A stretch of 46,153 bases of DNA from Thermoplasmatota archaeon (GCA_036626005.1 JAZKSP010000002.1:1-46153); one strand, 5' to 3'; shown: positions 18,752 through 27,871, numbered from the stretch's first letter. A program made the numbers and translations. The notes: generated by a model from the sequence alone, not told the origin.

Positions 18752-18866
18752 AGTGGTTCAGTTCATAATATCTCCCCTATTAAAAACTTACCCACCCGAA
18801 GCCCATCTCTTAAGAGATTCAAAGCACCTTCAACATCTTCCTCTTTTCCACGAAGATGAGGATTGA

Positions 18867-18876
18867 ATTTATATAT
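18867..18876 (+). promoter_or_regulatory. TATA box (ATTTATATAT) for the SRP RNA gene
   Basis: Centred ~27 nt upstream of the predicted RNA 5' end at 18899, which is the canonical archaeal spacing. Confidence 0.4.
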
Positions 18877-18898
18877 CACATCCTTGTAACTAGTCTTT

Positions 18899-19208
18899 GC
18901 TAGGTCTAACCGGGGCGTTCGGCGTGCCCTTATACACCGAAAACGCCGATACGCGGGGGTGACCGCTGGGGGCGGTGTAATCAGCCCACCGTTGAGCCAG
19001 GTTCAGACGATGAGACTTCGTCCCTCGGGATCGAAGGTGCTTTGGAGGCAACCGGAGGGTTGTTCTCCTCTGTCTTAGCCAGGTTGATCAGGCCAGGCCC
19101 GGAAGGGAGCAGCCGATACCTGGACTACCGATGCTCGAGGGGTAGCGAGGTCGAGGATGAAACTGGGTTCCTCAATGGTGAGCTGAGCACCAACCCCGGT
19201 GACCTAGC
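18899..19208 (+). ncRNA. Signal recognition particle RNA (archaeal 7S RNA)
   Basis: Conserved helix-8 motif CAGGCCCGGAAGGGAGCAGCC at ~19093. 5' GCTAGGTC..CCGGGG pairs with 3' CCCCGG..GACCTAGC. A ~310-nt GC-rich island in AT-rich DNA. Ends are approximate (+/-5 nt). Confidence 0.85.
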
Positions 19209-19210
19209 AC

Positions 19211-20098
19211 CTACTTATATTTTGTACACAAATAGATACCAAAAAGAGTTATGACTCCACCCAAAATACTCAACCTAGGAGGGACCTCATCTAGTATGAA
19301 AAACGCAAGTAGTGAAGAGCCAATCGGCTCTCCCAGTAGGCTGATAGAGACCAATCTTGCCCTGACGTATTTTAAAGCCCAATTGTAAACAGTGTGGCCG
19401 AACATCGTCGGGATTAAAGCGAGTGCGATAAAGATGATGTATTCTCTTATCGGATATATTGTAAAAGGTGTAGAGAAACCGAAGGAAAAAAATCCGAGGA
19501 AAATCGTGCTGGTTAGATAGACTAAAAATGCATAAGTGATCAAAGAGATATCCTGTCTGACCTTTCTTCCCCTGAGTATGTATCCCGCCATCGCTAACAT
19601 CCCCAATATCGCTAATAAATCACCGAAAAAGGCCCACTCGCTGATAGAGTAATCCGAATATGCAATCAGGGAGACTCCACTCAAGGCGATCACTATCCCT
19701 ACATAGACTTTCATAGGGGTTTTTTCTCCCAAATACCACCCTCCTATCCATGCTACGATAAGAGGATGAGCTGAGACCAAGATCACTGAGGAAGCTACTG
19801 TGGTATATTCTAAAGAAGAGATCCAAGCGGCAAAATGAACCGCAAGGAAAAAACCGGTAGTGATTATTATTATCCAATCTTTTTTGGATAAATTCTTGAT
19901 CTCTGGTATATAAGAGGGGATGAAAAACAACAATACAAGGCTCGAAAATAACATCCTATAGAACGCAACTGAGATAGGATGTACATCGGAAAATCTGATA
20001 AATATCGCTGCAAATGACGCTGCAAAGATCGCTAAAGGAAGGGAGAGATGGGCTAGTTTGTCTTTTTTAAGACCTAGATAATGTGCCTTATCTCTCAT
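19211..20098 (-). CDS. EamA/DMT-family transporter
   Basis: 295 aa, about 10 TM helices in a two-fold EamA-like arrangement. Confidence 0.8.
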   Translation of the reverse strand: MRDKAHYLGLKKDKLAHLSLPLAIFAASFAAIFIRFSDVHPISVAFYRMLFSSLVLLFFIPSYIPEIKNLSKKDWIIIITTGFFLAVHFAAWISSLEYTTVASSVILVSAHPLIVAWIGGWYLGEKTPMKVYVGIVIALSGVSLIAYSDYSISEWAFFGDLLAILGMLAMAGYILRGRKVRQDISLITYAFLVYLTSTIFLGFFSFGFSTPFTIYPIREYIIFIALALIPTMFGHTVYNWALKYVRARLVSISLLGEPIGSSLLAFFILDEVPPRLSILGGVITLFGIYLCTKYK

Positions 20099-20292
20099 AG
20101 GCTCTTCTGGTTAATAAATTAGTGATTAAAATATATTCCTGTAAAATAACGAGTGAGAGGACAAATTATTTATTTCGCGAAGAGATTTGAATTGGTATTC
20201 GATATTTGGCCCTTAAAGTGGGAAGTTGATAATATATAAACCATAAAAATCAAAGGACCTAATTTATATCATTAGGATAAAACCAAAGGGAT

Positions 20293-23200
20293 ATGAGTAT
20301 GGAAGGAGAATTAGGGGAAAGTGAGAAAAGTCTATTATCTCTAATCAAAAATGTACCCGGCATCGTTTACCGGTGTGAATTCGACAAAGATTGGACCATG
20401 AGATATTTGAGTGAGAGTTGCTCAGATATCACTGGTTACGAACCTTCTGAATTGATAGATAATAAAGAATTCACATGGGGAGAAATAATCCATTCTGAAG
20501 ATAGAGACAGAGTATGGGAAGAGATAAGTGAATCAGTGGAAAAGGACGAACAATATCAGGTAACTTACCGGATCAACACTAAGGGAGGAGAAGAAAAATG
20601 GGTGTATGAACAAGGCAACGCTATCAAAGACCAGGGAGGGAACATAGAGGAACTACAGGGCTTTATCACTGACATCACAGAAAAAATAAGAGAGCAAAAA
20701 AAATTAGAAGAGAGAGAGAAAAAAACAAAAGAGCTCTATGAGGCGAGTACTAAATTAGCAAACTGCAGGACAAAACAAGATGTTTATAAACTCGCTGTAG
20801 AATCCGCTGAAAAGATATTAGATTTTTATAGTAGTGCCCTTTTTATCGAGAAAAACGGAATATTAGAAGTTAAATATTCCCACAATCAAAGTTCTTTCGA
20901 AAAAGGAGATACACGTGCTGTGGAAAAAGAACGTTTAATGGCCCGCTCTTTTAAAAATAAAGAAGGCATTCTAGTCGATGATTTTGAAAGTAGAGAAGGG
21001 GTAGGAGTAACTCAAGAGGGCTTAAAGTCGGGTATTTCTGTTCCCATAGGTGATATTGGGCTGTTAGTAGCACCTTCTAAGAAAAAAAACTATTTTGATG
21101 ATTTCGACCTAGAGATGGCAAAAATTTTGGCTTCTCATATTAAAGAAGCTATTGAGCGTATAGAGTCCGAGAAGAAACTGGAAGATCTCTATAGGGCAAG
21201 TACTGAATTGGAAGAATGTAGGACAAAACAAGAAGTTTATGAAAAAGCCCTGCAGTATGCTAAGGATATATTAGATTTCTACGCTAGCGGCGTTTTTATT
21301 AAAGAAAATGATTACCTAGTAGGAAAGAAATTTACTGAAAAGAGCACAGGAACAAAAGGAAATCGCTATCCTATAACCGAGGGGATAAAAGGACTCAGTT
21401 TTAGAAATAAAGAGGCTATTTTAATTAGAGATCAAGAGAATTGGGATGAAATTGCCGCTTACCAGGAAGGATTGAAATCAGGTTTAAGTGTGCCGATCGG
21501 AGATAAGGGTGTTTTCCAAACCGTTTCAAAGGAAGTAAACTATTATGACGAGTTTGATCTCGAAATGGCAAAAATTTTGGCTTCTCATATATATGAATCT
21601 ATAGAGCGGATAGAGTCTGAAAAGGAAAAGTCACTCATTCTCGAGACTGCAGAAGAACACATATTGTATCTAGATACCGATTTAAATATAGAGTGGGCTA
21701 ATCAAGGTCTTAAAGAATATAGCGAATACGACAAAGATGTACTAATAGGTGAGAAATGCCATGAAGTTGTGAAAGACAGGTCTAAAAAGTGTGAAGATTG
21801 TCCTGTTGTCAAAGCTATCAATTCAGGAAAACGGGAAGAAGGGATACAGAAAGACGAAGACGGGAGATACTGGTTGATCAGAGCGACCCCTCGATTGGAT
21901 GAAGACGGTGAGGTCGAAGGAGTAGTTGAGATAGCTCTAGATATAACTAAAAGAAAGCGATCTGAAAAAAAGTTGAAAGAGAACAAGGAAAAGATAGAAG
22001 GTCTTTTAGAATCTACATCTCAATTAGAAAGACAACATGAAATCGACGATATCTACAAAGTAGCGATAGATGCGATAGAAAATATCCTAAAGATAGATTT
22101 TGGGGCAATATTTGTTTTAGAAGACGATGAATTTGTTCTAAAAGCCGAAACTTCTAGTACTCCTTCTCACGATTTTCAGGTTAGAGATAAAGATGACGGT
22201 GTACTAGGTAAAACATTTAGAACTAAGGAACCCGATATAACCGATGACATCCATAGCTCTCAAAAAGCTAAGCACCATTTTGAAGCATACAAATCAGGTA
22301 TTTCTGTTCCCATAGGAGACTTTGGAGTCTTCCAAGCTATGTCAAAAGAAGAGGGTCACTTTGATGAAGATGACCTAAACATGTTAGAATTGCTTTCTAA
22401 TCATATAAGTGAGGCAAGAAAAAGAGTCAAATTGCACGAAGAGCTCGAAAGAAGTGAAAAAAGATACAGAAGTTTATTTGAAGAATCGCCCATCTCCATA
22501 TGGGAGGAGGACTTCTCTGAAGTAAAGAGAAATATAGAAGATCTAAAGGAATCTGGAGTTGAAGACTTCGAAACATATTTCTCTGAAAATCCTAATGAAG
22601 TCAAGAAATTTACAGAGATGGTAGATATCAAAGATGTGAATAAAACAACTTTAGAGGTTTTTGGAGCTGAGAGTAAAGAAGAACTCTATGAAAATTTTGA
22701 CAAAATATTGAGAGAAGAAGGTCAAGAAGGGTTAATAAATGAACTTGTTGCAATAGCAAATGGTGAACAAACTTTCCAAACGAGTGAATTTGTAAACTAT
22801 ACTTTAGATGGAGAAAAAAGATATTTCTACTTGAAATGGGCGGTTACAAGTGAAGAGGAAGGAGATTATTCTGAAGTTATCGTGTCGCTAGTTGATATAA
22901 CTAGATTGAAAAAGACTCAGAAGAAGCTTGAAAAATCGGAAAAGAAATATCGTTCGATATTTGAAAACACGGGCACAGCGATGGTGATGATAGACGAAGA
23001 CAAAACGATTTCTTTAGTTAATGAGGAATTCGCACAAATAATGGGTTATTCTAAAGAGGAAATCGAAGGCAATATTAAGTGGCCCAAATTCGTTGCGGAG
23101 AAGGACAGAGATAGAATGATAAATTATCACCATAAAAGAAGAGAATCTCCTGGTAAAGTACCTTCAAATTATGAATTTACTATTATAAACAGATTTGGCG

Positions 23201-23658
23201 ATATAAAACACGTGGTTATTGAGGTCGGTTTGATCCCGGAAGCTGGAAAGACTGTTGCTTCTTTAATGGATATCACTGAGTATAAGAAAACTTTCGGAGC
23301 GCTAAGAGAAAGTCAAGAAGCCTTTAGACTTCTATTCGAAAATATAGATGATCCAGTAATATTAATAGATAAAGACCGACAGATAAAAGATGTGAATAAC
23401 TCGTTTCGAGATATGTTAGAATCCGAGGAAGAAGACATCATCGATAAATCTTATGAAGAGTTCCTAAGTGGTAAAACTGGGATGGACTTTGGTGAAAAAT
23501 TAGAAAAGATATTTTCGGGAAAAGAAGATGAATTCAAAAGCGATGTTCTTTTCATAACTGGAGAGAAAACCGAACTTCCGATGAATATCCAATGTGAACT
23601 AGTTAAAGATCACGAAGAAACCCCACTCTATGTTATAGGAATACTTCGACCTGCATAG
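20293..23658 (+). CDS. Multi-domain PAS/GAF sensor protein without recognisable output domain
   Basis: By eye: PAS(1-135), GAF, GAF (150-aa tandem), PAS with CxnCxxCP, GAF, then three PAS modules (YRSLFEESP, YRSIFENTG, FRLLFENIDDP). No HisKA H-box or HATPase N/G boxes were seen. Confidence 0.85.
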   Translation: MSMEGELGESEKSLLSLIKNVPGIVYRCEFDKDWTMRYLSESCSDITGYEPSELIDNKEFTWGEIIHSEDRDRVWEEISESVEKDEQYQVTYRINTKGGEEKWVYEQGNAIKDQGGNIEELQGFITDITEKIREQKKLEEREKKTKELYEASTKLANCRTKQDVYKLAVESAEKILDFYSSALFIEKNGILEVKYSHNQSSFEKGDTRAVEKERLMARSFKNKEGILVDDFESREGVGVTQEGLKSGISVPIGDIGLLVAPSKKKNYFDDFDLEMAKILASHIKEAIERIESEKKLEDLYRASTELEECRTKQEVYEKALQYAKDILDFYASGVFIKENDYLVGKKFTEKSTGTKGNRYPITEGIKGLSFRNKEAILIRDQENWDEIAAYQEGLKSGLSVPIGDKGVFQTVSKEVNYYDEFDLEMAKILASHIYESIERIESEKEKSLILETAEEHILYLDTDLNIEWANQGLKEYSEYDKDVLIGEKCHEVVKDRSKKCEDCPVVKAINSGKREEGIQKDEDGRYWLIRATPRLDEDGEVEGVVEIALDITKRKRSEKKLKENKEKIEGLLESTSQLERQHEIDDIYKVAIDAIENILKIDFGAIFVLEDDEFVLKAETSSTPSHDFQVRDKDDGVLGKTFRTKEPDITDDIHSSQKAKHHFEAYKSGISVPIGDFGVFQAMSKEEGHFDEDDLNMLELLSNHISEARKRVKLHEELERSEKRYRSLFEESPISIWEEDFSEVKRNIEDLKESGVEDFETYFSENPNEVKKFTEMVDIKDVNKTTLEVFGAESKEELYENFDKILREEGQEGLINELVAIANGEQTFQTSEFVNYTLDGEKRYFYLKWAVTSEEEGDYSEVIVSLVDITRLKKTQKKLEKSEKKYRSIFENTGTAMVMIDEDKTISLVNEEFAQIMGYSKEEIEGNIKWPKFVAEKDRDRMINYHHKRRESPGKVPSNYEFTIINRFGDIKHVVIEVGLIPEAGKTVASLMDITEYKKTFGALRESQEAFRLLFENIDDPVILIDKDRQIKDVNNSFRDMLESEEEDIIDKSYEEFLSGKTGMDFGEKLEKIFSGKEDEFKSDVLFITGEKTELPMNIQCELVKDHEETPLYVIGILRPA
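21031..21050 (+). repeat. 20-nt perfect direct repeat, copy 1 (copy 2 at 22297..22316)
   Basis: GGTATTTCTGTTCCCATAGG is shared by GAF1 and GAF3 (encodes GISVPIG). Confidence 0.9.
21115..21140 (+). repeat. 26-nt perfect direct repeat, copy 1 (copy 2 at 21565..21590)
   Basis: ATGGCAAAAATTTTGGCTTCTCATAT occurs twice, exactly 450 nt apart and in frame (encodes MAKILASHI in GAF1 and GAF2). Confidence 0.9.
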
Positions 23659-23737
23659 GAGAAGAACATCCAAAATCTTTATAACCAAAAAATATCTACT
23701 CTTCTTCCCCGAGAAAGAATTGCTAACATGATTTCAT

Positions 23738-23810
23738 GCGGGTTTGGTGTAGTTTGGTATCACCTAGCCTTGCCAAGGCTATAACTGGGGTTCAAATCCC
23801 CGAACCCGCA
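23738..23810 (+). tRNA. tRNA-Gly (GCC)
   Basis: Hand-folded cloverleaf: acceptor GCGGGTT/AACCCGC, anticodon stem TAGCC/GGCTA with loop TTGCCAA, T-arm TGGGG-TTCAAAT-CCCCG. CCA is not encoded. Confidence 0.9.
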
Positions 23811-23887
23811 TTTTGGTAAAGAAAACTTATTTCCCTTATTTTACCCACTATTCGATAATGTTTTTGTAACAGTAACTCAATATTTAT

Positions 23888-25180
23888 ATGATAAAAGTGA
23901 CCAAATCTAATTGTGGTAACTGGATTCGTAGTCCTTCCACATCCAACATAATAAGAATTATCGCTGTTATCCTTCTGATCCTAACGATCATTTTAACATC
24001 ATTTCAAATTCCGACTGCAGCTCAGGAAAATACCGTCTATTCTATAACCATAGATGGTGATATTGATGGGGGTACTTCTCATTACGTGGAAAGAGCGATC
24101 TCAAGAGCCGAGGAAGATGGAAGTCCTTTGATCATAAAGATAGATACACCTGGAGGTTTACTCAACCCCACTAAAGATATAGTGAATGAGATCCTTGGCT
24201 CCGATATTCAGGTGGTCACCTGGATCACTCCAAGAGGAGCTTGGGGTTATTCTGCTGGAGCTTTCATCACCTTGGCAGGGGACGTCGCATTTATGGATAA
24301 CGGTACGAGCATAGGTTCGGCGGAACCTAGACCCTCAGACAATAAAACCATCCAGGCAATGGCGAGCTGGATACAGGAGATAGCGGAGGAAAATGATAGG
24401 CCTGGTGATGTCGCTAGGAAATTCGTTACAGAAAATAAGAATATCGGAGCAGATGAGGCAGTTGAGATCGGCTTGGTAAATGAGACCGCCGAAAATGAGA
24501 GTGAAGTACTCGAAGCGATAGGAAGATCGGATTCAAATATAGAAGAGATCGAAAAGGGTCTCACCGATCAGTTACTGAGTCTGCTGACGAACCCGACTAT
24601 AGCTTTTCTTTTACTATTGTTAGGCGTATTAGGTCTGGTAACTGAGATCACCACTGGAGGTGTAGGTGTTCCAGGTATAGGCGGAGGCATAGCTTTGATC
24701 TTGGCGTTCATCGGCCTCATGATTCTAGAACTGAGCACTGTAGGGACCCTTTTGATCATCCTAGGTGTGGTACTTCTGACCGCCGAATATTTCGAACCGG
24801 GGTTCGGTGTTTTCGGTATCGGAGGGGCTATAGCTCTATTTTTAGGTATACTGTTCGTGGGAGACGAACCATATTTTGAGATCTCCACTAATATACTCAT
24901 GGGGTTAGTTGTCGTAATCATTGGAATCTCATTCTTCGTGATATGGGCCGTCAGAAGAGCTCAAACGAAAGAAGTGGAGACAGGGATGGAAACTATGAAG
25001 GGAACAGAGGGAAAAGTTACCAAACCGTTAGATAAAGACGGAGTAGTAAAGGTCAGAGGTGAAAGATGGGTAGCGACTTCGGATGAGACTATCGAAGAAG
25101 GAGAAAAGATAGTAGTAAAGGATATCATCGAAAAAGACGGTCAAACTACACTCCTAGTAGAAAAAGCCAAGGAGAAGTGA
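23888..25180 (+). CDS. NfeD-family membrane-bound ClpP-class serine protease (stomatin-specific protease type)
   Basis: Signal/TM segment, then a ClpP-like domain (IDTPGG, GYSAGAFI), then 4-5 TM helices, then a C-terminal NfeD OB-fold (GVVKVRGERWVATSDE). Confidence 0.85.
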   Translation: MIKVTKSNCGNWIRSPSTSNIIRIIAVILLILTIILTSFQIPTAAQENTVYSITIDGDIDGGTSHYVERAISRAEEDGSPLIIKIDTPGGLLNPTKDIVNEILGSDIQVVTWITPRGAWGYSAGAFITLAGDVAFMDNGTSIGSAEPRPSDNKTIQAMASWIQEIAEENDRPGDVARKFVTENKNIGADEAVEIGLVNETAENESEVLEAIGRSDSNIEEIEKGLTDQLLSLLTNPTIAFLLLLLGVLGLVTEITTGGVGVPGIGGGIALILAFIGLMILELSTVGTLLIILGVVLLTAEYFEPGFGVFGIGGAIALFLGILFVGDEPYFEISTNILMGLVVVIIGISFFVIWAVRRAQTKEVETGMETMKGTEGKVTKPLDKDGVVKVRGERWVATSDETIEEGEKIVVKDIIEKDGQTTLLVEKAKEK

Positions 25181-25185
25181 CGTCT

Positions 25186-25992
25186 TTACTCCTCCTCTTC
25201 GATTTCACTCTTCTTATTATGTTCTTCCAGTGCAGTGGTCAATCCAGCCACATTCCCTAGATCAGAACCGAGATTTGACGGGGTGACAACAACCAAATTC
25301 TGTTCCGTCGCTATCTCCACTAGAGTTTGCAACTCTCTGAGCCGCATCGCACCCTCTCTTTCTCCGTATATCTCTGCTGCATCGGCCATCTTTTTAGCTG
25401 CTTCTTCCTCACCTTGGGCTTTCTTGACCCTAGCTCGACGATTCCTTTCGGCCTCTGCCTGGCTAGCTATCGCTCTCACCATGTCCTTGGGTAGATTTAC
25501 GTTCCTGATCGTCATGTTGGTCACTTTCACACCCCAGGCGTCGGTCTCTTCGTCTATTATCTGTCTTATGTCTTCTGCTAATTCTTCTCTCCTACTCAAA
25601 AGTTCGTCTAGTTCCACTTTTCCCAGCACGTCTCTCAAGGTCGTCTGAGCCAATCTGCTTGTCGCTCTATAATGATCTTTGACTTCAAGGGTCGCTTTCT
25701 TCGGATCGAAGACCTTCATGTAAGCTACAGCATCTACATTGGCGCTGACATTATCTTTAGTGATTATGTTCTGTTCAGAGACATCCATATCTCTCACTCG
25801 AAGATCTTTCCACTCCAAGTCATCTATGAAAGGTATAATAAGAACAACACCAGGACCTTTAACACCTATGAAACGGCCGAATCTGAAATGAGAGACTCTC
25901 TTGTATTCCGGAACTTTATTCACCGCTCTAGTTAACAAGAGGATAAAGATCAATGCGAGAATTATTATGAGGACTATCATCCATGTAGGCAT
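25186..25992 (-). CDS. SPFH/stomatin-family (slipin) protein
   Basis: N-terminal TM, then VPEYKRVSHFRFGRFIGVKGPGVVLIIPFID, then a C-terminal coiled coil AQAEAERNRRARV. Confidence 0.9.
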   Translation of the reverse strand: MPTWMIVLIIILALIFILLLTRAVNKVPEYKRVSHFRFGRFIGVKGPGVVLIIPFIDDLEWKDLRVRDMDVSEQNIITKDNVSANVDAVAYMKVFDPKKATLEVKDHYRATSRLAQTTLRDVLGKVELDELLSRREELAEDIRQIIDEETDAWGVKVTNMTIRNVNLPKDMVRAIASQAEAERNRRARVKKAQGEEEAAKKMADAAEIYGEREGAMRLRELQTLVEIATEQNLVVVTPSNLGSDLGNVAGLTTALEEHNKKSEIEEEE

Positions 25993-26144
25993 TTTGTCAC
26001 CTTACAACAAATATTGTGTCTAGCTTTTATACATGTTTCGATTGGTGGGAGATATCACTTCGATCGAGTTCATAAAATGATGTCTTCATCGTCTTCAAAA
26101 TAAATACCACAAGCTTTTTACACGTATTCTTTTATCTTTCATAT

Positions 26145-26828
26145 ATGAACCAAGAATTGGAAAAGTTCCTGCAGAGTGATGACGAATCAGAAGATAATAG
26201 TCCATTTGTTGATCCTACCGCAAGGACCGTTGGAGAGGTGATGTTGGGAGAAAATACCTTTTTGTTCCCCGGTTCGATCATAGAAGGAGATGAATCTGAA
26301 GTGGATGTGGGTGAGGACAGCATAATAATGAATAAAGCTTCTGTAAAGGGGACCAAACAACACTCGACTTCTGTAGGTAAGAACGCTTTCATATCACCTG
26401 GGGCAAACTTGAGAGGGTGTAACATCGGTGATGGAGCGATGGTCGGGATAGACGCAGTAGTATTGGAAGGAGCCGAGATAGGTGAAAAAGCGATCGTAGG
26501 CACCAACGCTATAGTTCCTGAGGGTATGGAAATTCCAGATAAGAAATTAGTGCTCGGTCAGCCCGCCGAGATAGTTAGAGACGTCTCGGACGAAGAATTG
26601 AAAAAGATCGACGAGATACGTTCTGATCTGGTGTGGAAGAGAAAAGAGTTCAAGATGATAGAAAAAAGAGCGGAAAAGTTTGACGTAGACAAGACTCCCA
26701 AGCGTCCCGAAGAGATGATGAAGGAGAAGAAACCGGATAATCCGGATATGGATGAAAAGGACGTTCCAGATCTGGATGATATCAGAGATAAATTAAAGGA
26801 AGGTTCAGAAAACGAACATATTTTTTAA
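26145..26828 (+). CDS. Left-handed beta-helix protein, gamma-carbonic-anhydrase-like but lacking zinc ligands, with charged C-terminal tail
   Basis: Hexapeptide repeats NIGDGAMVGIDAVVLEGAEIGEKAIVGTNAIV. The positions of the three Zn-binding His residues are K68, P85 and R90. Confidence 0.75.
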   Translation: MNQELEKFLQSDDESEDNSPFVDPTARTVGEVMLGENTFLFPGSIIEGDESEVDVGEDSIIMNKASVKGTKQHSTSVGKNAFISPGANLRGCNIGDGAMVGIDAVVLEGAEIGEKAIVGTNAIVPEGMEIPDKKLVLGQPAEIVRDVSDEELKKIDEIRSDLVWKRKEFKMIEKRAEKFDVDKTPKRPEEMMKEKKPDNPDMDEKDVPDLDDIRDKLKEGSENEHIF

Positions 26829-26837
26829 AAAGATAAA

Positions 26838-26915
26838 TGGTGGGGCCGCCGAAATTTGAATTCGGGTGTCGGACTCCCAAAGCCCGAAGGATCGACCAGG
26901 CTACCCCACGGCCCC
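26838..26915 (-). tRNA. tRNA-Pro (UGG), CCA encoded
   Basis: The reverse complement folds: acceptor GGGGCCG/CGGCCCC, anticodon stem CGGGC/GTCCG with loop TTTGGGA, T-arm CCGAA-TTCAAAT-TTCGG, 3' ACCA. Confidence 0.9.
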
Positions 26916-27037
26916 TTAGAGTTGCTTAAGCAAAAATAAGATTACAAATAAATACTTTCTCCCTCTTTAGATTGGTTATAGAGGTTTATACGGAAAATAT
27001 TTTTAGACCGAGTCTATAGGCTAACCTGGAGATAAAC

Positions 27038-27865
27038 TTGAAGCGGGAAGATATCAAAGCTGGTGTACTCAGGATAGAAGGCACGAATTGCGAAGAAGAA
27101 TCACACCTAGCTTTCAAACGATTAGGAGCCCAAGCTGAAAAAGTGCACCTCAAACAGTTGATAAAGAAGGATGTAGATTCAGAAGAAGAGAGAGAAGTAG
27201 AAGATTACGATATCTTGATGATACCAGGTGGCTTTTCAGCTGGAGACTATATCCGTGCGGGAGCTATCTTCGGAGCGAGGATTAAAAGTAGACTAGGTAA
27301 GAAGTTAAAGGCCTTTGTAAAAACTGGAAAACCTATCCTAGGAGTATGCAACGGTTTTCAAATCCTTGTAGAGATCGGTCTTCTTCCCGCAGTTAACGAA
27401 GTGATGAGTGAAGTTCCTAGAGCCGCTCTCGAAACCAATGACAGCAACAGATTCGAGTGTAGACCTTCGCTTCTCAGAGTTGAAGAAAATTCGAACTGTG
27501 TTTTTACCACAAGATATGAAGAGCATGAAACAGTGCTTTACCCTTCCGCTCATAAAGAGGGAAAATTCGTCCTTGACAAAAAGTTAGCAGTCGACGATCT
27601 TGAAAACAATGATCAGGTCGTTTTCCGGTATACCACTCCCGATAGGGGTGAACCCGACTATCCGTGGAATCCCAACGGTTCGCTCGATCATATAGCCGGT
27701 ATCTGCAATCCGAAGGGGAACGTCCTAGGATTGATGCCACATCCAGAAAGGGTATTCACCGAGCATACGAAGCCCGATTGGACAAGAGATGGAATGACCA
27801 GAAACAGGGGAGATGGAAGACCTTTATTTGAATCGGCTCTCCAATATCTCGAAGAGAACTTCTAA
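27038..27865 (+). CDS. purQ: Phosphoribosylformylglycinamidine synthase subunit PurQ (glutaminase)
   Basis: GVCNGFQIL (nucleophile Cys) and MPHPER motifs. TTG start with GGAG 6 nt upstream. Confidence 0.9.
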   Translation: MKREDIKAGVLRIEGTNCEEESHLAFKRLGAQAEKVHLKQLIKKDVDSEEEREVEDYDILMIPGGFSAGDYIRAGAIFGARIKSRLGKKLKAFVKTGKPILGVCNGFQILVEIGLLPAVNEVMSEVPRAALETNDSNRFECRPSLLRVEENSNCVFTTRYEEHETVLYPSAHKEGKFVLDKKLAVDDLENNDQVVFRYTTPDRGEPDYPWNPNGSLDHIAGICNPKGNVLGLMPHPERVFTEHTKPDWTRDGMTRNRGDGRPLFESALQYLEENF

Positions 27866-27871
27866 AAAATA

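Noticed and set aside
18805-18818. Perfect 14-nt palindrome ATCTCTTAAGAGAT between rpl44e and the SRP RNA gene, and a 12-nt palindrome TTGCTTAAGCAA at 26922..26933 just upstream of tRNA-Pro.
   Set aside because: Both share a CTTAAG core, but this hexamer also occurs inside coding sequence (for example near position 145). With two instances I cannot separate a regulatory site from chance in AT-rich DNA.
19042-19254. 70-aa plus-strand ORF.
   Set aside because: It lies inside the SRP RNA gene. The GC-rich structured RNA explains the open frame.
24247-26506. Antisense ORFs of 105-137 aa inside the NfeD, stomatin and gamma-CA-like genes (24247..24564, 24568..24921, 25235..25648, 26132..26506).
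   Set aside because: Each lies wholly within a well-supported gene on the other strand. They are low-complexity and carry no motifs.
23738-26915. Segment bracketed by tRNA-Gly and tRNA-Pro as a possible integrated element.
   Set aside because: There is no integrase or recombinase and no duplicated tRNA 3' half as an att site. The cargo (NfeD, stomatin, beta-helix protein) is ordinary cellular content.
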